From a bacterium (GTDB taxonomy: Bacteria; Bacillota; Clostridia; Oscillospirales; Acutalibacteraceae), in the NCBI GenBank assembly GCA_963657005.1, contig CAVKLC010000001.1, forward strand, positions 45,081 to 109,080: a DNA stretch of 64,000 nt, read 5' to 3'. Positions 47,761 through 56,032 of the stretch are shown in pieces. The translations under genes and the position numbers were made by a program. The notes under the pieces are model-generated. The model did not search any database, was not told the DNA's origin, and saw only the letters and a program-made list of their open reading frames with translations. Every line of letters begins with the position of its first letter. Position 1 is the first letter of the stretch.

Positions 47761-49077
47761 TTAATTAAACAAAATATTATAATGAAATTCAGATTTACTC
47801 TTGTCAAAATACCATTCGCTCTCGCCTTCGTATTTTTTCGCAACTCTTTCAATACTCTTTGTGCCGAAGCCGTGAAAAGCCTTGTCACTTTTGGTGGTAA
47901 GAAGCTTGCCGCCGTCGCTTTGCGGGTTATGCGAAGTTGAATTAATAACGCTTAAAACAGTAATTGTGTTATTAACTTTTGTTTCAAGGCTTACAAAAGC
48001 ATTTTTTGAACCGATTGAAGCTTCAAGCGCATTGTCAAGAAGATTGGACAAAAGCGACACCAAATCGCTGTCTTCAATAAAAGCTAAGTTTGCCGCTCTT
48101 ACCTCAACGTCAAATCTGATGTCATTTTTTTTGCAAATGTGAGAATACTTGCTTAAAATCAAGTCAAACATTTTATTTTTCGTTTTGCCGATAAATTGAT
48201 ACTCGTCAAATTCGCCTTGAACATCGGCTATATAATTTTTAACATCGTCAATATTTTCCATAGAATTTATTGCGGCAAAATGATGTTTAATATCGTGAAT
48301 AAGAACTCGCTCGTCTTCATTTTTCTTTTCAAGAAGTTCATAAAAAGTAGTATTAATTTCATTTTTCTGCTTTTCACTGCGAAGAAGCGAAAGTTCATTT
48401 TCCTGCTCATTTATATGCTCGTTATAAATGAAGATGAAACAACAAAAAGCAGTACCGACAATGCTCATAGCCAAATAAAGGAATCGGTAATTTGCAAGTG
48501 TTTTTTCATGAGCGTAAGGAACAAATGACGATATAAAAAGTAATGTAACAAAAACAGGAACAATAAGAAAAACTATGTTTCTTTTTAAATTTTGCGCCTC
48601 ATCTTTCTTTTTTTTCGCAATTAATAATGAAAACAGCTTTGCCATAACGAGATATAAAATTTTTGAAATAATACTCATAATCAAAACATTATAAGCTTTG
48701 ATTTTTATATCAACACCGTCTCCGAGCACTCTGGTTCCGTCGGGCACAATTATAAAGCCTATCATTTCGGTCGAGTCCATAATGGCTGTTGATAAAGCAG
48801 AATAAAAAAGACCCGTTGTCCATTTAGCCTTGAAGAAAATCATACAGCTTATATAAACAAGCACAAGGTAAACAGCCGTGTTTATAAACATATTTGTGTT
48901 AAACAAAATATTAAAAACATCACCCAAAAGCGATATGCCGACCATAGAAAAAATCGTTATTGTTTTGTTATATCTTTTTTCAAAAATATCGCTGAAATAT
49001 ATGTAGTTGATAAATGCTTCAAAAACATAAACCAAAGCGTAGCAAATAGTAATTAACGAGTTTGCGCCTAATTTCAT
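47761..49077 (-). CDS. AgrC-like membrane histidine kinase (GHKL/HATPase_c_5)
   Basis: About 6 TM; IHDIKHH H-box, LSNLLDNALEA, TTKSDKAFHGFGTKSI; TGATG coupling to the regulator. Confidence 0.9.
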   Translation of the reverse strand: MKLGANSLITICYALVYVFEAFINYIYFSDIFEKRYNKTITIFSMVGISLLGDVFNILFNTNMFINTAVYLVLVYISCMIFFKAKWTTGLFYSALSTAIMDSTEMIGFIIVPDGTRVLGDGVDIKIKAYNVLIMSIISKILYLVMAKLFSLLIAKKKKDEAQNLKRNIVFLIVPVFVTLLFISSFVPYAHEKTLANYRFLYLAMSIVGTAFCCFIFIYNEHINEQENELSLLRSEKQKNEINTTFYELLEKKNEDERVLIHDIKHHFAAINSMENIDDVKNYIADVQGEFDEYQFIGKTKNKMFDLILSKYSHICKKNDIRFDVEVRAANLAFIEDSDLVSLLSNLLDNALEASIGSKNAFVSLETKVNNTITVLSVINSTSHNPQSDGGKLLTTKSDKAFHGFGTKSIERVAKKYEGESEWYFDKSKSEFHYNILFN

Positions 49078-49778
49078 CAATAATTCTCCATAATTTTCAT
49101 AACTTCCTGCCTAAACTGCGACCTTTTGTGATAAGCAACGGGAATTTGGTACTCGCCGCAAAGCACTACATATTCACGGCAATAATAAGTTATATAGTTT
49201 GCATTGATTAAATAGCTTTTGTGAGGGGATAAAAAATAATCGCGGTTAATTTTTCTTTCCCATTCTTTTATTGTGTCAAAGCTTTTGTACACCTTCGTTT
49301 TTGTGTGGACGGCTGTGGTTCTGCCCGTTATTTCAACAAAAATTATATCTCGCCTTTTAATAACAAAAATATTGTTATCCTCATCCTTGAGCCTAAAACC
49401 GACTTCCGCCTCGTCCACCATTGAAACGGCTTTATCAATACCTTTCATAAACCTGTCACGATTGATTGGCTTGTCAAAAAAGCGAAGTATTCCCAAATCG
49501 AGTGCGTCGTCAAGATAATGATTATACGCAGTAACGCAAATGATTACTATATCCTGATTCTTTTCTTTAAGCTTCCTGCCGACTTTGATGCCGTCGATAT
49601 TTTGCATTTCAATATCCAAAAATGCAATATCAAACACATCGCCGAATTCAATAAGTTCTTCACCTGAAGTAAACTCAAAAATATCAAACAGGATATTTTT
49701 TTCCTTGCTGTAATCATTCAGGCACTTTTTGATGTCGTATATACACTTTGGTTCATCATCGCAAATTACTATTTTCAT
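49077..49778 (-). CDS. LytTR-family response regulator (AgrA-like)
   Basis: ICDDE, FLDIEM, KP, C-terminal HKSYLINANYI...IPV. Confidence 0.93.
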   Translation of the reverse strand: MKIVICDDEPKCIYDIKKCLNDYSKEKNILFDIFEFTSGEELIEFGDVFDIAFLDIEMQNIDGIKVGRKLKEKNQDIVIICVTAYNHYLDDALDLGILRFFDKPINRDRFMKGIDKAVSMVDEAEVGFRLKDEDNNIFVIKRRDIIFVEITGRTTAVHTKTKVYKSFDTIKEWERKINRDYFLSPHKSYLINANYITYYCREYVVLCGEYQIPVAYHKRSQFRQEVMKIMENY

Positions 49779-49809
49779 AATTTTCCATCCGGTTTTAAAA
49801 TAATAATTA

Positions 49810-49881
49810 ATTATACATCAAAGTAAAACGATAAAAGTGTTTATTGCAAAAACGCACATTTTCAGTGCAAAAATGCACATT
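49810..49881 (-). promoter_or_regulatory. LytTR-type direct-repeat operator and -10 box
   Basis: TGCAAAAAcGCACATT (49845-60) and TGCAAAAAtGCACATT (49866-81), 21-bp period; minus-strand TATAAT at 49815-49810. Confidence 0.75.
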
Positions 49882-49886
49882 ATAAA

Positions 49887-49974
49887 GGCAACCACAGGTT
49901 GCCCCCCTACGAAAATCTTATCATTTTAGATTATCTAAATCAGAAAAACACCGTAGGGGCGAACTACGTTCGCC
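49887..49974. repeat. GTAG-type REP doublet (REPIN-like), opposite orientation
   Basis: GGCAACCacaGGTTGCCccccTAC-42 nt-GTAGgGGCGAACtacGTTCGCC. Confidence 0.78.
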
Positions 49975-49988
49975 TTCTAAATTATAAA

Positions 49989-52412
49989 TCAAACACTCAT
50001 CGTTTTAAGCTTTGCAAAGAGTGTTACAAAAATGCACCACACAATCTGAAAAGCGACCACTCTTATTGCTCCGAGCTGCTCAAAGCCGCCCAAAAACGCA
50101 AGAAGTGAAATTACGCCCAAGCCGATTGCACAGCCAAAAGAGATAAGAACGCTCAAAAGCTTCCTCGTTTCCTGCAAATTTTCAGCGCCGCCCACTGCTG
50201 AAATAAGACCGAGTGCAGAACCGTTATGAACGATATACGCAGGCGAAGTTTCGGCATACATATTTGAATATTTTTCAAAAGTTCTGCCGTTTGAAGCGTT
50301 CATAACTCTAATATAGCCGTCGGGAACTTCAAAAAGTTCTGCCAAACTTTCATCATTAATAAACGGGTCATTACTTCTTACAAGAATTGTCATTCCGCTT
50401 TTTTCAAGCTTTTTTAACATTTTCTTCAGCTGAGGGTCGGCATAATAGTTAACAAGGAAAAATGCCATAAGCTCCCCTGCCTCGGCAAAATAGAGAACTT
50501 TCCAGCCCTTTTGGTTATATTCACGCTCTTTCTTTTCCGTAAGAACGGGAACACCGTGGTGAATGAGCAAATCTCTTGTGCCGACGAGCACTTTCTTTTT
50601 ATATATCCAAGCCGAAACACCGAGCCTATCCTCATAAACTGCGTCCTCAACCTCGGGCATAATATGGTCTTTACCGCATACTTGCTTATTAAAAGCGGTA
50701 ACGAGCGGGCTTTTTGTTTTGTTAACAACAGCCATAGTCTTTTTTATACAGTCTTCCATCTTATTTTCATAAATCGACTTCATTCTGTAAATACTGCAAC
50801 AGTCATTGCCAAACAAGTCCTGCGCTTCAATCACAATGGCATTCGCATCCTTTGTAACATTTGCTCCCTCAAAGCCGTTAACCATAGCGCCCCTGATTCT
50901 AAGTTGTTTTGAAAGAGCAAGCAAAGTATTGTTTGTGCAAAACATAGCGTAGCAAGGACTTGAAATAAGAAACAGGCAAACAAAAACATTTACGCCCAAA
51001 TGCCAATTTTGATTAATAACTGCGATTATAACGGAAATTATAACACTGAGCGCCGTGCCTATATAAAAAATGTATTTGCTGATTTTATCTGCCGGTTCGT
51101 CACTGCTTGCAATATCAAGAAAACGACTCGAATTTTCCGTCTTTATACTCGTTTTCAAATTAGGTTCGCCCATAAGCAAACCCTTGCTTATTATTTGCGC
51201 GTCAACTTTGTTTACAATAGGTTCAACGGTATATTTTTCCTTTTGATTTGTTACAAAGTGATAGTCGCTTCGTATCCTCGTTACAAGAGCGTATTTGCCC
51301 ATTGTTGCCATAAACAGTGCAAACGCACCGGCAAAAGGATAAAGAAGACCATCATCAATCAAAAGATTGCTGTCAAACAAAAGCAAAACGGTATGAGCCA
51401 AAACAATTACCTCGCCGATTGCTATTGGAAAATCGCTGTTAATACCGTTTTTAAGCTTAAAGCCGTGCAAAATGATTTTTATATTTACAACCAAAGTCGC
51501 AACAAAAAGCACAAGAATTGTGATTATATATGGAACATCGTCAAGCAAAAATGACGGCAAATAGGAACTGTCCTTAAAGCCTGTTAAAAGACCCAATAGA
51601 ACAGTCAACACAAGCGTTATTTTTAAACTTAATGAGCTTGACTGTTTTGAGCGGCTGAGTTTTTTTGTAAAAACTTTCTGCTCGTTTGACAAATCATACT
51701 CTTTTTTTATAACCGTATCTTTGTCCGCCTTTGCCGCTTCTTCAATATCTTCGGGACTGAAAATGCGAAACTTGTTAACCTTATCTTTTCTTCTTTCTAT
51801 AAGCTGCTTTTCTGCTAAATCTTCATCGATTTTATCAATCGTCTGCGTTTCGTCGTCAAAACCCTCAAGAACTATTTGAACAGCTTCTTCCTCCTGCCTT
51901 TGCTCCTCCTGCTGCTCTTTTTTCGCCATAATTTCTTCTCTTGTTAAGGCAAAATTGGCATTGTCAATTTCGTCAATGGCATAAATCATCGGCAATTCAT
52001 CAAGACCGCTTTGCTTATCGTGCTTTGGCTTGGTAGTAATTGTTGCGGAGCGTTCTATTAAAACAGGCGGCTCTTTAGAGTAAATCTGTTCATTATTCTT
52101 TTTGCCTGAAAAGAAGCTTCTTTGAACCGTTTTTTGCTCGCTGACTGCCTTGTCATGAGCCTTTGGTTTAAACTCGATATGCTTTGTTTTTTCAAGATTT
52201 TCGCCTGCAAGCGGACTTATTTTTGTTTTGTCAAGTTCAGCGCTTTTTTCGTTAATTTTAACATCCTCATTTCTAACCGGTATTTCAACACGCTTTACCT
52301 GAGAATTATTTTTTGAAGCACCGTTATTTGCCGACTGCGCCTGCCTTACAGACTTCTGCCTTACTTCCTCCGCCTGCCTGATTATTTCATCAATAGATAA
52401 ACTTTCTTTCAT
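49989..52412 (-). CDS. Membrane protein homologous to P1B-type ATPases but lacking catalytic motifs, with long charged N-terminus
   Basis: TM pattern with ADKIS...ISSPC, GAMVNG, SPLVTAF, LGVSAWI..KKVLVG; no DKTGT, TGES or GDGxND. Confidence 0.65.
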   Translation of the reverse strand: MKESLSIDEIIRQAEEVRQKSVRQAQSANNGASKNNSQVKRVEIPVRNEDVKINEKSAELDKTKISPLAGENLEKTKHIEFKPKAHDKAVSEQKTVQRSFFSGKKNNEQIYSKEPPVLIERSATITTKPKHDKQSGLDELPMIYAIDEIDNANFALTREEIMAKKEQQEEQRQEEEAVQIVLEGFDDETQTIDKIDEDLAEKQLIERRKDKVNKFRIFSPEDIEEAAKADKDTVIKKEYDLSNEQKVFTKKLSRSKQSSSLSLKITLVLTVLLGLLTGFKDSSYLPSFLLDDVPYIITILVLFVATLVVNIKIILHGFKLKNGINSDFPIAIGEVIVLAHTVLLLFDSNLLIDDGLLYPFAGAFALFMATMGKYALVTRIRSDYHFVTNQKEKYTVEPIVNKVDAQIISKGLLMGEPNLKTSIKTENSSRFLDIASSDEPADKISKYIFYIGTALSVIISVIIAVINQNWHLGVNVFVCLFLISSPCYAMFCTNNTLLALSKQLRIRGAMVNGFEGANVTKDANAIVIEAQDLFGNDCCSIYRMKSIYENKMEDCIKKTMAVVNKTKSPLVTAFNKQVCGKDHIMPEVEDAVYEDRLGVSAWIYKKKVLVGTRDLLIHHGVPVLTEKKEREYNQKGWKVLYFAEAGELMAFFLVNYYADPQLKKMLKKLEKSGMTILVRSNDPFINDESLAELFEVPDGYIRVMNASNGRTFEKYSNMYAETSPAYIVHNGSALGLISAVGGAENLQETRKLLSVLISFGCAIGLGVISLLAFLGGFEQLGAIRVVAFQIVWCIFVTLFAKLKTMSV

Positions 52413-52432
52413 AATCTACACTCTCTCATTCA

Positions 52433-53197
52433 TCAAAGACCGAGCCTTTGCCTTGCAACTTCATACATAATTACGCTTGAAGCGACAGAAGCATTAAGCG
52501 AATTAACCTTTCCCCTCATAGGAAGCGAAACGGTAACATCGCATTTTTCCTTAATAAGCCTGCCGACGCCGCTACCCTCGTTGCCGACAACAATGGCGCA
52601 ACCGCCCGAAAAGTCTGTTTTGCACCACGGCTGACCGTCCATATCAGCGCAGTAAACCCAAATGTTTTGCTTTTTAAGCTCGTCAATAGTTGATGCCAAG
52701 TTGCCTACCCTTGCAACCTTAACATATTCAAGCGCACCGCAAGATGTTTTTGCAACAATAAAATTAAGACCGACATTTCTCCTTTTAGGAATAATGATGC
52801 CGTGAACGCCGCAAGCCTCCGCAGTTCTGATGATTGCGCCCAAATTATGGCTGTCCTCAATTTCATCGCAAATAACGATAAACGGCGTTTCGCCCTTGCT
52901 TTTTGCATATTCAAGAATTTCTTCAACGCTTGAATACGAATGAGCGGGAACATTTGCAACAACACCCTGATGATTTGCGCCGACGCACATAAAATCAAGC
53001 TTTTTCCTGTCAACATTTTTTACTACAATTTTGTTTTCTTTGCACATTGCGATAATGCGATTGATTGAGCCCTCTTTTTCGCCCTTTGCAATGAGCACAT
53101 TTTCAACTTCCCTGCCGCTTTTGAGCAGTTCTATAACAGCATTTCTGCCTATAATCAAATTGTCGTTTGTTTTGTAATCTTTTTCTTCTCTTGGCAT
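52433..53197 (-). CDS. rlmB: 23S rRNA Gm2251 2'-O-methyltransferase
   Basis: GRNAVIE, HQGVVA, DSHNLGAIIRTA, VGNEGSG, SLNASVA. Confidence 0.93.
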   Translation of the reverse strand: MPREEKDYKTNDNLIIGRNAVIELLKSGREVENVLIAKGEKEGSINRIIAMCKENKIVVKNVDRKKLDFMCVGANHQGVVANVPAHSYSSVEEILEYAKSKGETPFIVICDEIEDSHNLGAIIRTAEACGVHGIIIPKRRNVGLNFIVAKTSCGALEYVKVARVGNLASTIDELKKQNIWVYCADMDGQPWCKTDFSGGCAIVVGNEGSGVGRLIKEKCDVTVSLPMRGKVNSLNASVASSVIMYEVARQRLGL

Positions 53198-53303
53198 ATT
53201 TTGTATCTCCGTAAAATTATTCAGTTTAATTATAACATTATATAGTGCTTATTTCAATTATAAATTACAGTTTACGGCATATGCTTTCTCGTATTCAGCC
53301 GAC

Positions 53304-53335
53304 AAAAAAGGACTGCACATTGCGTGCAGTCCTTT
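53304..53335 (-). terminator. Intrinsic terminator
   Basis: AAAGGACTGCAC-attgc-GTGCAGTCCTTT with a minus-strand T-run. Confidence 0.8.
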
Positions 53336-53347
53336 ATATTTTGGAAT

Positions 53348-54457
53348 TTACTTTGTTTTTACGCTCTTAACCTTTGACCAGTCAGAATAAACTTTTTTAC
53401 CGTTAACAGTTTTATATGAACGAACTTTAACATAATATGTTTTCTTCTTTTTAAGGTCTTTTACAGTTTTAGAAGTTGTTGTTGCTTTCTTAACTGTTAC
53501 GGTTTTAGAAGTTTTCTTTGTAAATTTCTTAGATGTAGAATATTTAACCTGATAACCCTTTGCGTTTGAAACTTTCTTCCATGTTACTTTAAAGCCTTTC
53601 TTTTGAGCCTTAATCTTGCTGATTGAAGTCTTTTTAGGCTTATTTGACTTTGATTTTGAAGCAGCTTTTGTGGTTGAAGTGCTCGAAGCCTTTGTTGTTT
53701 CAGGCTCGTTAGCTTTGCTCAAAGTCTTATTAAGGTTATTCATAAGCTGCGAAGCTCTTTCAACTCTTGCAGCGTCTGCTGTTACAGCAGTGGTGGTTGT
53801 TGTTCTAACCTGAGAATCCGAAGCTGCAGGAGCAGTTGTTCTTGTAGGAATGATATTGCTCGGAACGGTTACACTCGGAATGCTTACATCAGGCTTAGTG
53901 ATTGTCACATCCGGCTTTGTAATTGTTACATCAGGAATTGAAATTGACGGGACTGTAATAGGAACAGAGGTGTCCGGAATTGAAATTGACGGAACTGTAA
54001 TAGGAGCAGAAGTGTCCGGAATTGAAATTGACGGAGTAGTTATTGAAATACTTGAAGTTGTTTCAGTGCTTTCAAAAACTGCATAAAACACCTTATTTTG
54101 ACCTGCTTCAACTTTAACATTAATTGTAGCTTCGGTTGAATATGCTTTGCTGTCATCATTTACATCAAAAATTGAAGTAAACCAACCAACAAATTTGTAA
54201 CCGTCATTTGCTTTTGCAGTGAGTGTTTTAGTATCGCCTGTAACGGTTTCGTCAACGGTGCCGCCTTCTGACGGAACGGCAATAGCGGTAACGGTACCGT
54301 TAGGGTTGGTAGTTGTAGTCAAGCTGAGATCGGAAAGTGAACTTACAAGCGAATTGATGTCGATTCTGTCGCCGAGAGCCGCACTCGCACTTACTGCGCC
54401 GATAGTCAAACTAAGCACAAGTATTGCTGAAATAAATAATGATAGAGCTTTTTTCAT
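53348..54457 (-). CDS. Secreted protein with InlB-B-repeat-like domain, S/T/P repeats and Lys-rich FN3-like C-terminal module
   Basis: Signal peptide; TLTAKANDGYKFVGW...YAVF; repeats; TWKKVSNAKGYQVKYST...YYVKVRSYK...YSDWS. Confidence 0.85.
   Translation of the reverse strand: MKKALSLFISAILVLSLTIGAVSASAALGDRIDINSLVSSLSDLSLTTTTNPNGTVTAIAVPSEGGTVDETVTGDTKTLTAKANDGYKFVGWFTSIFDVNDDSKAYSTEATINVKVEAGQNKVFYAVFESTETTSSISITTPSISIPDTSAPITVPSISIPDTSVPITVPSISIPDVTITKPDVTITKPDVSIPSVTVPSNIIPTRTTAPAASDSQVRTTTTTAVTADAARVERASQLMNNLNKTLSKANEPETTKASSTSTTKAASKSKSNKPKKTSISKIKAQKKGFKVTWKKVSNAKGYQVKYSTSKKFTKKTSKTVTVKKATTTSKTVKDLKKKKTYYVKVRSYKTVNGKKVYSDWSKVKSVKTK
53886..54040 (-). repeat. Coding tandem repeats: 42-bp (PITVPSISIPDTSx) and 21-bp (PDVTITK) units
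   Basis: Three ggaattgaaattgacgg units at a 42-nt period, adjoining acatc(a/c)gg units at a 21-nt period. Confidence 0.85.
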
Positions 54458-54489
54458 AGTATAATCCTCCTAAATACTAAAATTGTTTC

Positions 54490-54512
54490 GGCAGGAGAAG
54501 CCCTGCACTACG
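54490..54512. repeat. Single GTAG-type REP
   Basis: gGCAGGagaagcCCTGCaCTACg followed by ataaacctaa, similar to the spacer start of the 9556 copy. Confidence 0.5.
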
Positions 54513-54571
54513 ATAAACCTAACTGAAATTTATAAACCCAGCTCGGTCTAACCGCTTTGTCACAATTTAAT

Positions 54572-55234
54572 TTATATATACTTTAAAACATCTATAATAT
54601 CGGTAATAACCGGAATATCTTGCCTTAAATCTTTGTCTTTAAACCAGCCCCAATTCATACGAATTGCATTCATACCCGAATCAAGAGCACCCTGAATATC
54701 GTTTATCGGGTGGTCGCCGACATATACACACTCCCGAGTTTCCAAACCGAGCTTATCGGCTGTATATTTAAAAAGCGCAGGGTCAGGCTTATGGACGCCG
54801 ACATCACCGCTTACAACGGTAATATCACAATATTGTCTAAGTTCGCTTTCATCAAGCTTATGGTTTTGAAGATATGACGGACCGTTTGTAATTACGCCGA
54901 CGATTAAGCCGCGAGATTTAAGTTCTTTTAAAAGCGGAACAGTGTTTTTAAAAATAACACAGCAATCGCCGAAACGAGTGTCATAGTGGTTTGCAAGAAC
55001 GGTTTTTGACGGTGCGTCACTCCAGTGCCACTTATCAATCAGTCCTTGATACCATTCTTCTCTATCCACATAGCCGCCGTTGCCAGTAGATACCATATCT
55101 TCTTTTCTTTTATTTCTTTCCTGCAGGGAAATGCCGTGGCAAAACTCGTCCAAAAAAAGGTCCATATACTTTTCAAATGCCGCCGTTCTGTCCTGCAAGG
55201 TTTCGTCAAAATCAAATAATACTGCTTTTATCAT
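54572..55234 (-). CDS. HAD-superfamily hydrolase (YjjG-like)
   Basis: FDFDETL, ITNG, KPDP, VGDHPINDIQGA. Confidence 0.9.
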   Translation of the reverse strand: MIKAVLFDFDETLQDRTAAFEKYMDLFLDEFCHGISLQERNKRKEDMVSTGNGGYVDREEWYQGLIDKWHWSDAPSKTVLANHYDTRFGDCCVIFKNTVPLLKELKSRGLIVGVITNGPSYLQNHKLDESELRQYCDITVVSGDVGVHKPDPALFKYTADKLGLETRECVYVGDHPINDIQGALDSGMNAIRMNWGWFKDKDLRQDIPVITDIIDVLKYI

Positions 55235-56027
55235 AAATGAGTTGTTTTTCAAGTTCCTCTACTGATGAAAATTGTTTTTCCCCTCTTAAATATCTGACAA
55301 GTTCAACTCTTATATTTTCATTATATAAATCGCCTGAAAAGTCAAAAATATGAGTTTCGGCAAGCGGGAAATCGAGTTTAAAAGTAGGTCTTATACCCAA
55401 GTTGGTAAAAGATTTATATTCCTTGCCGAAAACGAAAGTGCGGCTTTCATAAACGCCGTATTTTGGCACTACCAAACTTTGAGGCAAACGCTGGTTAAGG
55501 GTTGGAAAACCGATTGTGCGCCCCCTCATATCGCCCGATATTACCGGAGATTCAAAAGTAAAATTGTAGCCGAGCATTTCATTTGCCTGCTCTATTTCAC
55601 CGCATTTGATACAATTCCTGATTCGTGTTGAAGAAATCGGCTCGCCGCCAAAATCGAGATGTTCAAGAATTCTTACCCAAACATCACGCTTTTCAAGATA
55701 ATTTCGCATATCGTTAGCCGACCAAGACGCATTCTTGCCGAATCGAAAGTTAAAACCGCACAAAACCGTTTGTGCCCTAAATCTGTCGAGTAAAATTTTA
55801 TTTATAAAATCTTCGCCGTCCATATGCTTAATCTGTTCAAAATCGGCAAACACCGTGTTTGGATACCTTTTTTGAAACAAGCTTTTTTGTAGGAGCGAAA
55901 ACTTGTTGTTAACACAGTAGATAACCGTGTTTTCAGCACCGGTTATTACAGTTTGGTGCGCCCTGTGCATCCCGTCAAAATCGCCGAGAGCCACGGCACG
56001 CCTTTGAATTATATTGTTACTTTTCAT
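55212..56027 (-). CDS. ribF: Riboflavin kinase / FAD synthetase (shortened N-terminal domain)
   Basis: ALGDFDGMHRAH, GFNFRFG, ISSTRIR, GRTIGFPTLN, GVY, NLGIRPT, ETHIFDF; follows truB. Confidence 0.88.
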   Translation of the reverse strand: MKSNNIIQRRAVALGDFDGMHRAHQTVITGAENTVIYCVNNKFSLLQKSLFQKRYPNTVFADFEQIKHMDGEDFINKILLDRFRAQTVLCGFNFRFGKNASWSANDMRNYLEKRDVWVRILEHLDFGGEPISSTRIRNCIKCGEIEQANEMLGYNFTFESPVISGDMRGRTIGFPTLNQRLPQSLVVPKYGVYESRTFVFGKEYKSFTNLGIRPTFKLDFPLAETHIFDFSGDLYNENIRVELVRYLRGEKQFSSVEELEKQLIYDKSSII

Positions 56028-56032
56028 ACCTG

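Noticed and set aside
49899..50108. 69-aa plus-strand ORF
   Set aside because: Starts inside a REP doublet and runs antisense into the ATPase-like gene.
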